From positions 1,696,001 through 1,760,000 of the forward strand of contig CAVXRD010000002.1 of the NCBI GenBank assembly GCA_963764165.1: 64,000 nucleotides of DNA. The letters are read 5' to 3'. Positions 47,834 to 57,585 of the stretch are shown here, one piece after another (position 1 is the stretch's first letter; every line of letters begins with the position of its first letter). Both the position numbers and the translations under genes were made by a program. Under the pieces are notes generated by a model. It worked only from the letters and a program-made list of their open reading frames with translations, had not been told where the DNA came from and made no database searches. This DNA comes from an uncultured Verrucomicrobiae bacterium (GTDB lineage Bacteria; Verrucomicrobiota; Verrucomicrobiia; Limisphaerales; Palsa-1400).

Positions 47834-48706
47834 ATGACATTTGACGTCACCCATCGCACCACGTATCGCTACAGCCAGCCGGTGACGGTGTCGCAGCATG
47901 CGGCCCGCGTCGAGCCACGCGATTTTCCCGGGCAAATCCTGGAGAGTTTTTCGTTGAGCATCGATCCGCCGCCGCCCATCCGCAAAACGCGCAATGATTA
48001 CTTTGGCAACCACGTCTGTTTTTTCAGCATCCAGGAAGTCCATTCGGAATTGGAAATCGTGGCCCGCAGCCGGTTGACGGTGGCATCGGCCACCCAGCCC
48101 GCGCTGCTGCTTTCGCCGGCGTGGGAGCGCGTGGTGGGGCTGTTCACGGATCCCGTTTCGCCGGAGGTGGTCGAGCCTTATGAATTTGTATTTGACTCTC
48201 CCTTCGTACGCGCTTCGCCGGCCTTGGCGGCTTACGCGAAGGCGAGTTTTCCAGCGGGCGCGCCGCTGCTTTCCGCCGTGCTTGATTTGAATCGCCGCAT
48301 TTTCAGCGATTTCAAATACGACCAGATTGCGACCACCGTGGCAACTCCGCTGGAGGAGGTCATGGAAAAAAGGCGCGGCGTCTGCCAGGATTTCGCGCAT
48401 GTGGCGATTGCCTCGCTGCGCTCGCTGGGACTGGCGGCGCGATATGTCAGCGGCTATTTGCGCACGCGCCCGGCTGAGGGCAAACCGCAGCTCATCGGCG
48501 CCGACGCCTCGCATGCGTGGTTCTCGGTTTTCTGCCCCGATCTCGGATGGGTCGATTTCGATCCCACCAACAACGTCATGCCGGACACCGAACATCTGAC
48601 GCTCGCCTACGGGCGCGATTTCGGCGATGTCAGTCCCATCAGCGGCATCCTTACGGGAGGCGGCGCGCACGAAGTGAAAGTGGCAGTGACGGTGAGCGCA
48701 GTATGA
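47834..48706 (+). CDS. Transglutaminase family protein
   Basis: HRTTYRY, GVCQDFAH, RYVSGY, SHAW, FDPT, GRDF. Confidence 0.92.
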   Translation: MTFDVTHRTTYRYSQPVTVSQHAARVEPRDFPGQILESFSLSIDPPPPIRKTRNDYFGNHVCFFSIQEVHSELEIVARSRLTVASATQPALLLSPAWERVVGLFTDPVSPEVVEPYEFVFDSPFVRASPALAAYAKASFPAGAPLLSAVLDLNRRIFSDFKYDQIATTVATPLEEVMEKRRGVCQDFAHVAIASLRSLGLAARYVSGYLRTRPAEGKPQLIGADASHAWFSVFCPDLGWVDFDPTNNVMPDTEHLTLAYGRDFGDVSPISGILTGGGAHEVKVAVTVSAV

Positions 48707-49551
48707 ATGAAGTCCGCTGGCGGGTTCAACACCGCACCTCCTACCTCTACGCCGCCGCCGCCCGGGACAGTTTCAATGACGTCCGGCTTCGGCCGCCGAC
48801 CAACGAGCGGCAGTCCGTCGAATCCTTCGAGTTGATCGTGAAGCCGGAAGTTCCCGTCACGTTCTACCGCGATTTTTATTCCAACTGGGTGCATCATTTT
48901 GAACTTGCCGCGCCGCATGCCGAACTGACGATTGAAAGCCGCAGCGTTGTTCACGTTCATCCGCCACCGATGCTGTCGCCAGAGGCCGTTACCGCGCCGC
49001 TGACCGCGATGCCGGAGCTGATCAAAACAGTGGAATGCTTTGATTATCTTGGAGCGAGCCGGTTTGTGGAGATCGAGCCGGACATCTGGCGCATGGCTAT
49101 CGATGCGACCATGGGCGTCACCGACACATGGCAGGCGGCCCAGGCGATCATGCGCTTCGTGCATGGACATCTGGCTTATGCGCCCGAGTCAACGAATGTT
49201 CATACGCCGGTGCGGGACGTTCTGATTCAGCGAAGGGGTGTATGCCAGGATTTCGCGCATGTCATGGTGGGGCTTTGCCGCGCGATCCGAATTCCCGCGC
49301 GCTACGTCAGCGGTTATCTCGCGGTGCAGGAGGCCCGGGCGACTCACGCATGGGTGGAAATTTGGATTCCCCGCCGCGGATGGCTCGCGGTGGACCCGAC
49401 CCACAGCCGGCAGATAGACGAGACTTACATTAAAATCGCGGTGGGCCGCGATTATTCGGACGTGCCGCCAGTGGCCGGCACCTATCGGGGCTCAGTTGAT
49501 CGCAAGATGGAAATTGACGTTCAGATTGATCGTGTCAAGGCCGGTGAATGA
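48703..49551 (+). CDS. Transglutaminase family protein (second paralog)
   Basis: ATG at 48703 overlaps the upstream TGA; GVCQDFAH, THAW, VDPT, GRDY. Confidence 0.92.
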   Translation: MNEVRWRVQHRTSYLYAAAARDSFNDVRLRPPTNERQSVESFELIVKPEVPVTFYRDFYSNWVHHFELAAPHAELTIESRSVVHVHPPPMLSPEAVTAPLTAMPELIKTVECFDYLGASRFVEIEPDIWRMAIDATMGVTDTWQAAQAIMRFVHGHLAYAPESTNVHTPVRDVLIQRRGVCQDFAHVMVGLCRAIRIPARYVSGYLAVQEARATHAWVEIWIPRRGWLAVDPTHSRQIDETYIKIAVGRDYSDVPPVAGTYRGSVDRKMEIDVQIDRVKAGE

Positions 49552-49572
49552 CGAAGGAAAGGCCGAGCATTT

Positions 49573-49655
49573 CATATGTCCCATTAGTCCTCTAGGTCCC
49601 GTCTCATGCGACTGATAGGAATCATAGGACGGCTCGGCAGGAGCATCGCCCTGCC
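49573..49655. repeat. Family D periodic repeat plus a family B arm
   Basis: gtcccattagtcc...ataggaatcatagga followed by ggctcggcaggagcatcgccctgcc. Confidence 0.65.
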
Positions 49656-49793
49656 GCGCCTCACCGATGAATAAATTTTCCTCTTCAAAATTATTTGCTT
49701 GCATTAAATATTAAACGATAGTAAACGATAGTCAATGAATCCAAGCCCGCGAATGAAGAAACGCGCCGGGCTTGGCCAACAAAAGGAGAACGT

Positions 49794-51545
49794 ATGACTA
49801 TCGATTCTGGTTCGGATTCTGGTCCCATTCCAACTCCAACTCCACCTCCGCCTCCAAACACGCCGCTGCCTGAGATTCCGCCGGCGATTTTTGCCGCCAC
49901 TCCGCCGATTGATGATCCGCCGTTGAACTTCAGGTCGGATGTTTTGTCTCTGCTGCGCGCGCTGCTGGCCCGCAATCCATTTTACATCATCAGCGCCATG
50001 CTGCTGCTCTGGAGCATGCGCGAGCTTTCGCTTGATTCACGGATTTTTCCCGAGGAATTTCCGCAGCTTATTTTTAACTTTTCCGCCTTTCAGGTTTACG
50101 AGTGGCTTCTCGTGGGAACCGCCATGCTTCTCGCCCGGCGGAGGGTTTGGTACGATTCGGGGCTGCTGGTGGCCTTGGAGAATCTGTTTATTTGCGTGCC
50201 ATTTCTCCTCGTGAGCCAGGCGCTGCTGCTTGAAAACTCGGTGGCGGCCGCCTTTTGCATATCCGGCGGGGCGCTGGCGGCGGTGAGGGTCAGCGGCTTG
50301 CGGCGCCGATTGAAGGAAATGAACCTTTCTCGTACCTGGTTGTGGGCGGGTGGCGCGCTGCTCGCCCTGAATTTTGCCTGGCCGGTGCTCGTTCGAACTC
50401 TGCATAAGGAGGTCGATATCCCGATATGGGATAAGCGAGGGTTATTGTTGACGGCGGTGGAATGGAATTGGCTGGTTCCCGTGGCGGTTGTGTTTGCCGC
50501 GCTGCTGCCGATGCGCGAATTCACCTGCGGCTTGCGCGAGGGCGAAGAGCGGCCCTTTTACGCGTGGCGCATTTTTCCGGTCGTGGTGCTGCTGATGTGG
50601 ATCGCTGGAACTTCCGTGCATCTTTACAGCGTCAGTTACGTCTATGGATTGCCGTGGCGCTGGGCCTATCTTGCGCCGACCGTGTGGGTTCTCACATGGG
50701 TTGTGTGGCGGCGATGGAGTGAGTTGTTCCCCGAAAAATGGCGCGTGGCGGAGCGCTTCTTATTTCTTCAACCGGCGCTGGCAATCTTGCTTGACGCGCG
50801 GGCGGGCCGGCCGGCGATGTGTTTGACTTTGGCGTTGCTGAGCGCCGCTGTTTACGGAGTCATGGCTTTCGTTCGGCGCGACGCGCTGGCGAAGTATGCC
50901 GCCGCATTTTCAACTCTGGTTGCGATCTACTTTATGCCGCTCCATGCAGGAATTGGCCGTGGCTTGTCACTGGTCGAGTTCCTCGGGGGCGGCACGTTGA
51001 TTTTTCTGATGGGCTGGGCACTGATTTCCCGGCGGGCCGTTGTGGGATTGATGGGAGGGATTTGTCTTGGACTTGGAATGGCGGTTCTTCTGCCCTCCAC
51101 AGCCACAATGATGAACATCGCGGCGCAAGCGGGTTTGATCTTCGTCATGCTCCACAGCATGCGCTGGGATTTAGAGTCGGCGGAGGCCTCGAAGGCGCGC
51201 ATTTTCTGCGGCATTTGCTGGATTCTTCACACCGCAGTTTGGAACGTCTGCGGATCTGTTGAGTCGTCCCTCTGCACCACCGTTTTCGGTGTGTCGGTGT
51301 CGATGGTTCTCATCTGCGCGCGATTCATCACCGGGCGCTGGCCCTCCTTGACGATTGCGGTGTGCGCGGCGGTAGTTGGGTGGTTTGGCTATGTTTATTT
51401 CCTGCTTGAGCGTTTTGCGTATGCGCCGAGGGGATTGCAATCGTTGGTCGGCAGTTTCGCGCTGTTTGGCCTTGGCACGCTCGCGGCGCTGATGAAATCG
51501 AAATGGATGCTAAAACGCGCGGCGGAATCACCTCAGGCGCAATAG
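49794..51545 (+). CDS. Multi-pass membrane protein with Pro-rich N-terminus, function unknown
   Basis: aaggag RBS; many hydrophobic helices; NPFY motif. Confidence 0.8.
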   Translation: MTIDSGSDSGPIPTPTPPPPPNTPLPEIPPAIFAATPPIDDPPLNFRSDVLSLLRALLARNPFYIISAMLLLWSMRELSLDSRIFPEEFPQLIFNFSAFQVYEWLLVGTAMLLARRRVWYDSGLLVALENLFICVPFLLVSQALLLENSVAAAFCISGGALAAVRVSGLRRRLKEMNLSRTWLWAGGALLALNFAWPVLVRTLHKEVDIPIWDKRGLLLTAVEWNWLVPVAVVFAALLPMREFTCGLREGEERPFYAWRIFPVVVLLMWIAGTSVHLYSVSYVYGLPWRWAYLAPTVWVLTWVVWRRWSELFPEKWRVAERFLFLQPALAILLDARAGRPAMCLTLALLSAAVYGVMAFVRRDALAKYAAAFSTLVAIYFMPLHAGIGRGLSLVEFLGGGTLIFLMGWALISRRAVVGLMGGICLGLGMAVLLPSTATMMNIAAQAGLIFVMLHSMRWDLESAEASKARIFCGICWILHTAVWNVCGSVESSLCTTVFGVSVSMVLICARFITGRWPSLTIAVCAAVVGWFGYVYFLLERFAYAPRGLQSLVGSFALFGLGTLAALMKSKWMLKRAAESPQAQ

Positions 51546-51659
51546 CATGCGGCCAACGTGACTGTGAAGGCTTCTTTGACAGGATGAACCGGATTTACAG
51601 GATAAAGACAGATTTGCGAAGTGGAGATTGGGCGCGAAATCAATTCTGCTGAAATCACA

Positions 51660-51702
51660 AAACAAAAAGGCCCGCTCGATGCAACCAATCACCGAACGGG
51701 CC
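51660..51702 (-). terminator. Rho-independent terminator-like hairpin
   Basis: Minus strand: ggcccgttcg...cgagcgggcc followed by tttttgtttt. Confidence 0.6.
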
Positions 51703-51894
51703 ATTTATCCCCCAAACAACGATGTCAGCATACACGAAGTTTAAGAGCTGAACATCGGGGCAGTCCCCGGAAGTGGCATCGGAAAAGCCCCTATTCGATG
51801 TATGTTTTACTCAGGCCGAATCTCGGTGCGGGCGAGACTCTGTCGAGCCCATTATAGATTTCCAGCATTTGTAACCGTCGGCGCTAAAATCGAG

Positions 51895-52635
51895 TCACGG
51901 CTCGACGGAGTCGCGCCCCACCTCAGTGGACTCGGCGTCCGCAGCCGGGCGAAGCATCTTGAGCGCGGCAATAGCCGCCTCGCTTTCGGCGGCTTTTTTG
52001 CTTTTGCCGATGCCGCGGCCCAATTCGACGCCGAGATGGGAAACGACGCATTCAAAATCCCGATCATGGTCGGGGCCGGTCGCGCGAACCATTTCGTATT
52101 GAGGCGCCTCGGGAGATTTTGCCTGCAAGATTTCCTGCAGCTCGCCTTTGGGATTGTCGAGGGTGGGAATGTCCGTCAGCTCGCCGAAGGCGCGGCGGAA
52201 CGACCGCAGCACAAATCCCCGCGCTTCCTCAAATCCGCCGTCCAGAAAAACGGCGCCGATCAGCGCCTCGAAGCCATCGGCCAGCGCCGAGGCGCGATGG
52301 CGGCCCTCGTTTGCTTCCTCGCCGCGGCTGAGAATGAGATAATTTTGGAGCGAAATCTGGCGGGCCTGATCCGCCAGCGTGCGGCGGTTGATCATTTGCG
52401 CCCGCGCCTTGGTGAGCGGCCCTTCGCTCACGCCCGGGAATTTCTCATAAAGCTCCCGTGTCAGCACCAAGCCAAGCACGGCGTCGCCCAGAAATTCCAA
52501 TCGTTGATTGTGCTGCACGGCGCGCCCTTGCTCATGAGCGACAGACGGGTGCGTGAGGGCGAGAACCAACAGCGAAAGGTCCCGAAATTGATATTGGATT
52601 TCCGCTTGAAGAAGACTGTTGTCCGACGGGATCAT
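51895..52635 (-). CDS. rnc: Ribonuclease III
   Basis: ALTHPS, NQRLEFLGDAVL, ADGFEALIGA, dsRBD (NPKGELQE...GKSKKAAE). Confidence 0.96.
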   Translation of the reverse strand: MIPSDNSLLQAEIQYQFRDLSLLVLALTHPSVAHEQGRAVQHNQRLEFLGDAVLGLVLTRELYEKFPGVSEGPLTKARAQMINRRTLADQARQISLQNYLILSRGEEANEGRHRASALADGFEALIGAVFLDGGFEEARGFVLRSFRRAFGELTDIPTLDNPKGELQEILQAKSPEAPQYEMVRATGPDHDRDFECVVSHLGVELGRGIGKSKKAAESEAAIAALKMLRPAADAESTEVGRDSVEP

Positions 52636-53300
52636 GGCACTGTGGAAGTTGTGCCTGCCCCCGGCGCCGGAGCGGATTCTGGAGCCGGAACAGGCGCCGA
52701 TCCTGGCGCGAGCGAAGTTTCGGACGAGGGGGCGGCTGATTCAGGATTCGGCGCAGGAGGGGCGGGCGCCTCGCCACTCGGCGCGCCGGGATTCAATCCG
52801 TGCGCCAGCAAGTCAGCTGTGTTGCGCTGCACTTCCTCCAGCTGGTCCAATTGCAAGTCGGGATCGGCGATGGTGAATACGTCGCCAGATTTGGCGTGCT
52901 CATAAATAAAGACGCGTCCGTTAGGCCCTTTGATTTGTTCCTTCACCTTCAAGATGCGCTTGCGTTCGAGCATCACGGCAAGGATGTAACAAACCGGCCC
53001 GTATTTCGGATTGTTCGTCTCGATCAATTTGCGCAGCAGCGTCTCGGCGGATTCCTTTTGAATGGCCTCGGCCGGGGCGGCGGGCGGCGCGTGATAAACA
53101 CCCTGCCATTGGGAGATGAAACCTTTGCGATCGCTCGCCCCTTCGCGGTATTGGGCGTCCCAGCAAGGCTGGCAAATATCGAGGCGGCGGTACTCCTGTT
53201 TTTCCTCCAGGAGCACGGTGTGGTAAGGCTGCTTGTCGGCAAACGGCTTCTCGCACGCCTGGCAGCCGCGGGAGCGAGATTGAATATTCCAATCGATCAT
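52632..53300 (-). CDS. Hypothetical protein with CxxC...CxxC motif and a Pro/Ala tail
   Basis: CQAC and CQPC; its stop overlaps the rnc start. Confidence 0.8.
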   Translation of the reverse strand: MIDWNIQSRSRGCQACEKPFADKQPYHTVLLEEKQEYRRLDICQPCWDAQYREGASDRKGFISQWQGVYHAPPAAPAEAIQKESAETLLRKLIETNNPKYGPVCYILAVMLERKRILKVKEQIKGPNGRVFIYEHAKSGDVFTIADPDLQLDQLEEVQRNTADLLAHGLNPGAPSGEAPAPPAPNPESAAPSSETSLAPGSAPVPAPESAPAPGAGTTSTVP

Positions 53301-53434
53301 CAGTGCTTCCTTATTATTGCCGCCAACGCCTCAACTGCAATGGGAAAAGAAAATCCGGATCGTGGAAACCCTGAGTGTTGACTCTTTTGCCGGTTGCTCT
53401 TGCAGTTGACGCAGGACGCTTTTATTTTCGGAGC

Positions 53435-54145
53435 ATGAAACGAGTTTTCATCTTGACCGCCATTTCCGCTTTGCTTTCAACGAGCAGTTTCGCCGCACCC
53501 GATGCGTCCGGGCCAACGAACAGCGGCGCTGTCCTCACCGATCCCGCGCCGACGGCCGCCTCCATCGCCGCGCAGCAAGCCGCCGATGAGCGCTACAAGC
53601 GCATGACCGCCGACATCGAAGCGCTTCAAGCAGACAACGAATCCTTGAAAGCCAAAATCAACACGCTCGAACAAAAAATCGAGGAACTCCGCCAATTGCA
53701 AGCCGCCGCCGCTGCCAGCCAGAGTGGCGTGCAGGCGGATTTGAGACGCCTTGCGGAAAGCATTTCCGCCGTCGATAAGCGGCGCGAGGAAGACAAAGTT
53801 GCCATCTCCGAGCAGATTCGGTCGTCAATCGCGAATTTGGAGAAGGCGCTGGCCGCTGCGCCGCCGCCGCGCATTCATGAAGCGCCGCCGCCCAAGGTTC
53901 ATCAGGAGACAGACGGCGATGGGAATCTTGCTCCCGCCCCAGTGACCGCCGAAACGGGTTACACCTACACGGTGCTCGAGGGGCAGAATCTCTACACTAT
54001 CGTCAAAGCCTACAACGAGGAATTCAAAAACAAGGGATGGAAACCCATTACGCTCAAGCAGGCCATGGCGGCGAATCCGAAAGTGGATTTTAATCGGCTC
54101 ACGGTTGGGCAGAAGATCATTATTCCGAAGCCGGAGGCGCAGTAA
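53435..54145 (+). CDS. Secreted coiled-coil + LysM domain protein
   Basis: Signal peptide, heptad region, YTVLEGQNLYTI...ANP...LTVGQKIIIP. Confidence 0.85.
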   Translation: MKRVFILTAISALLSTSSFAAPDASGPTNSGAVLTDPAPTAASIAAQQAADERYKRMTADIEALQADNESLKAKINTLEQKIEELRQLQAAAAASQSGVQADLRRLAESISAVDKRREEDKVAISEQIRSSIANLEKALAAAPPPRIHEAPPPKVHQETDGDGNLAPAPVTAETGYTYTVLEGQNLYTIVKAYNEEFKNKGWKPITLKQAMAANPKVDFNRLTVGQKIIIPKPEAQ

Positions 54146-54217
54146 CGCCCATTTTCCATCACCGGTTAAGAACGTCGGCGAAAAGCTGTTTTAGAACCGT
54201 ATTCTGGCCAGGCTTCT

Positions 54218-57097
54218 ATGCAAAAAGATCCACCCGGCGGCGGGCGAAAACGGTTTGACGGCGGCTTCGCTCTGCTGTTGCTGCTGCTGGGAGGGACGCT
54301 GGCGGTTTTGTGCCGCGAGGGCTTTGCACCGTACCAGGTCTTTTGGGCCAACGATCTTCCGCTGGGCGTGCTGATGGGCGAGTCGCAGAAGCTGCCCAGC
54401 GCGCTGTTCGCCTGCTGGGCGGATTATTACTGGCTCGGCTCGCCGGGGGTGGTGTCCCTCAACCTCACCAATCTCGGCATGGCAGTATTCTCGCCTGAGA
54501 TTCAACTTAAGTTTTATCCGCCTGCGACGATGTTTTTCCTCGGTTTCGGCGCGTGGTTCTTCTTCCGGCAATTGCGGTTCTCGCGGGCCGTTTGCGCGCT
54601 CGGCGGGCTGGGCGCGGGCCTCAACATGCACTTTTTCTCCAACGCCTGCTGGGGGCTCGGCTGGTGGAATGTCTGCTGCGGAATGATTTTTATCGCGTTG
54701 GGAATTCTCGTCAGCCGGGACATCCGCCCGCTGTGGCTCAAGGCGGTGCTGGCGGGGTTCTCCACCGGCATGGCGGTGATGGAGGGCTTCGATGTCGGCG
54801 CGATCCTCAGCATTTATGTCGGAATATTTCTGGCCTATATATATTTGACGCAACCGGAGAAATTCACGGTGCGCGCGGGCAAAACGGCGCTCGCCGGCGC
54901 GCTGGTGGTCGGGGCGGCGGCATTTATTTCCCTGAGCACAATTTACACGCTCGTTTTCACGCAAATCAAAGGGACCTCTGCCGACGGCGCCGCCGCGCCC
55001 GTTGTTCAAACGGAGCAGGACAAACGGGACCGCTGGGAATTCACCACCCAATGGAGCATTCCGAAAGTGGAATCGTGGCGCGTCCTGATTCCAGGTTTAT
55101 TCGGCTACCGCATGCAGGAGTTCACGACTTCGACGAACAAGGCGGGATCGTATTGGGGCAGCATCGCGGAGGATCCGCACATCCAGGATTTGGAAAGCAG
55201 CGACGCTCAATTGCGCACGAATTCCGCGGCCGAACTTGGGATTCCGCAGCCAGTGCTGGAGGTGTTCGCGGGAAACGACATGATCGCGCGGAACGGCTAT
55301 TTGGGCTCCATCAAGAGCCAGTTGCAGCGACGCCACACCGGCAATGGCGAATATGCCGGGCTCCTGGTTTGTTTGCTGGCGGCGTTCGGGCTTGCCAACG
55401 CGGGGCGCAAGACCGATTCGCCTTTTTCCGCCGAAGAAAAACGCATCGTCTGGTTTTGGGGCGCGGCGGCGGTTTTCTCGCTGATGGCGGCGTGGGGGCG
55501 TTATGGATTTGTCTACCGGCTTATTTACCAACTGCCGTTTCTGACCAACATCCGGAGCCCGATGAAGTTCATGCACGCGCTGAATATCTGCCTGATCATT
55601 CTCTCGGGTTATGGGCTGGAAGTTCTGCATCGCTGCTATCTTGCGAAACCTTTCGACAAAGGGCGTTCTTTGTTCGGCAGGTGGTCTTCCTGGTGGAGGG
55701 GCGCCAGCGGGTTTGAAATGAAATGGGTCATCGGCTCGACGGCTGCATTCGTGGCGGCGCTGATCGCCTATTGGGCCATGGCCGGAAGCAAGCAGGACAT
55801 CGTGGAACACCTCAAGAGCAATGGCTTTGAGGATAAGGCATTGGCGTCGCAAATTGCCGATTTCTCCATCGGAGAAGTCGGATGGTTTGCGCTTTATTTA
55901 TTCATTTCGCTTGTGGTGCTTCACCTGGTCTTCAGCGGCTTCTGCGCCGGGAGGCGGGCCGCTTGGGGATGGGCGCTGCTGGCCGCCATCATGATCTGCG
56001 ATCTTTACCGGGCGGATGATCCTTGGGTGCGCTACTACAATTACCGCGAGAAAATGAGCCCCAACGCTATTATTGACATTCTGAAGGACAAGCCGTGGGA
56101 GCACCGCGTGGTGTCGCGGCTCTCCCCTATTGGCCCGTATGATCTGGGTGAGACGAATGTGAATTTCGGCGGCTTGAGCCATTGGTGGCTGGAGAACGAC
56201 TTCCCGCTCCACAACATTGAATCGCTCGAAATCGACCAGGCCCCACGCATGCCCGCGCTTGACAGCAATTATCTGGCGCGGTTTTCAGCTTCGGCCGCCA
56301 ACCCGGCTCCCGCCGCGCGCCTGTGGCAGTTGTCAAATACTCGATATATTTTCGCCCATCCAGATTGGGAGCAGCGCTTGAACGCCTTGGGATGGCCGCC
56401 CGGCAGCTTTCGAACTGTGGCGCGGGTGGATATTGCCCCCAAAACAGATTATTTGCATGTGCAGGACGCCGGGGACCTCACGGTGCAAACGAACGCGCAC
56501 GGCGCTTTAGCCCTGATCGAATTCACGCGCGCTCTGCCACGGGCGAAACTTTATTCCAACTGGAAGATGATGCAGGACACGAATGCATGGAACGAATTGA
56601 TGTCGCCCTCGTTCGATCCGGAGAAATCTGTGATCGTCGCCACCGACACGCCCATTTCAGACAAGCCCTCCGCGCCTGCCAGCGATCCAGGGGAGGTGCA
56701 AATTTCGCACTACGAATCCAAGCATCTTCTGCTGGATGCGGACGCAAAAACGCCCGCTGTGCTTCTTTTGAATGATCACACCGGCGACTATTGGAATGCC
56801 TGGATTGACCAAAAACCCGCCGCCATGCTCCGCTGCAATTACATCATGCGGGGAGTTTTTCTGCCTCCTGGCAAACACACGGTTGAATTCAAATACCAGC
56901 CGCCGCAAAAATTATTGCATGCGAGCCTGGCTGCGTTTGCGTTGGGCGTCCTGCTGGGTGGGTATGCCTTTGTCTCGCATTTCGCGCGCCAGCCGGAGGC
57001 AAGTCTGCCACCGGCCAGCGCGCCGAAATCAACTTCGCCGGATTCGCCAACTCCGGCCGCGCCCAAAGCCAGGCAAAAAAAGGGCCGGGCGCGATGA
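54218..57097 (+). CDS. YfhO-like large membrane protein (GT-C-type)
   Basis: Many TM helices; IRSPMKF, ALPRA, C-terminal WNAWID...NYIMRGV.LPPGKHTVEF. Confidence 0.75.
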   Translation: MQKDPPGGGRKRFDGGFALLLLLLGGTLAVLCREGFAPYQVFWANDLPLGVLMGESQKLPSALFACWADYYWLGSPGVVSLNLTNLGMAVFSPEIQLKFYPPATMFFLGFGAWFFFRQLRFSRAVCALGGLGAGLNMHFFSNACWGLGWWNVCCGMIFIALGILVSRDIRPLWLKAVLAGFSTGMAVMEGFDVGAILSIYVGIFLAYIYLTQPEKFTVRAGKTALAGALVVGAAAFISLSTIYTLVFTQIKGTSADGAAAPVVQTEQDKRDRWEFTTQWSIPKVESWRVLIPGLFGYRMQEFTTSTNKAGSYWGSIAEDPHIQDLESSDAQLRTNSAAELGIPQPVLEVFAGNDMIARNGYLGSIKSQLQRRHTGNGEYAGLLVCLLAAFGLANAGRKTDSPFSAEEKRIVWFWGAAAVFSLMAAWGRYGFVYRLIYQLPFLTNIRSPMKFMHALNICLIILSGYGLEVLHRCYLAKPFDKGRSLFGRWSSWWRGASGFEMKWVIGSTAAFVAALIAYWAMAGSKQDIVEHLKSNGFEDKALASQIADFSIGEVGWFALYLFISLVVLHLVFSGFCAGRRAAWGWALLAAIMICDLYRADDPWVRYYNYREKMSPNAIIDILKDKPWEHRVVSRLSPIGPYDLGETNVNFGGLSHWWLENDFPLHNIESLEIDQAPRMPALDSNYLARFSASAANPAPAARLWQLSNTRYIFAHPDWEQRLNALGWPPGSFRTVARVDIAPKTDYLHVQDAGDLTVQTNAHGALALIEFTRALPRAKLYSNWKMMQDTNAWNELMSPSFDPEKSVIVATDTPISDKPSAPASDPGEVQISHYESKHLLLDADAKTPAVLLLNDHTGDYWNAWIDQKPAAMLRCNYIMRGVFLPPGKHTVEFKYQPPQKLLHASLAAFALGVLLGGYAFVSHFARQPEASLPPASAPKSTSPDSPTPAAPKARQKKGRAR

Positions 57098-57104
57098 GGC
57101 GAAT

Positions 57105-57446
57105 TCAAGCCTTTGCGGCGGCGCGGGAACGGGCGCGGCGCGCGCTCCCAAGGCTCACTGTTCTGCCGCCGCGCTTGCGCGAGTGGCTCTGCTTTTCAAG
57201 CACGTAGCTCGCGGAATTGCGGAGACGGCGGCGATATTTCAATTTCTTCCTCATGCGCTCGCGGGCGGCGATGGTGTGTTTGAGGCAGTAAACGCCGATG
57301 GCCGGCTCACCGCATGTCAAACAAAGGCCTGCCGCTTTTTTCCGCAGCATGTGAATCTGCTGGCGCGACATGGGCGTTCCGTCCGCCTTCAGCGTGCCTG
57401 TAAATTCATCCGTAATTTTTTTTCTGCTCCATTTTTTTGCTTTCAT
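57105..57446 (-). CDS. Small, very basic protein with a CxxC-x8-CxxH putative zinc finger
   Basis: CLTCGEPAIGVYCLKH; Arg/Lys-rich; AT-rich upstream region. Confidence 0.65.
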   Translation of the reverse strand: MKAKKWSRKKITDEFTGTLKADGTPMSRQQIHMLRKKAAGLCLTCGEPAIGVYCLKHTIAARERMRKKLKYRRRLRNSASYVLEKQSHSRKRGGRTVSLGSARRARSRAAAKA

Positions 57447-57585
57447 AATTTTAAAATCTGATCTGTGTTTAGTATACACCTGTATTCACGTCAAAGCGAG
57501 GGGTGAGTCAATTATTTTCCCATTTTACCGAAAAATCAGGAAATCCCTCATGGGCACTGTCGCGTATTCAATTACGTTTTGTCAA

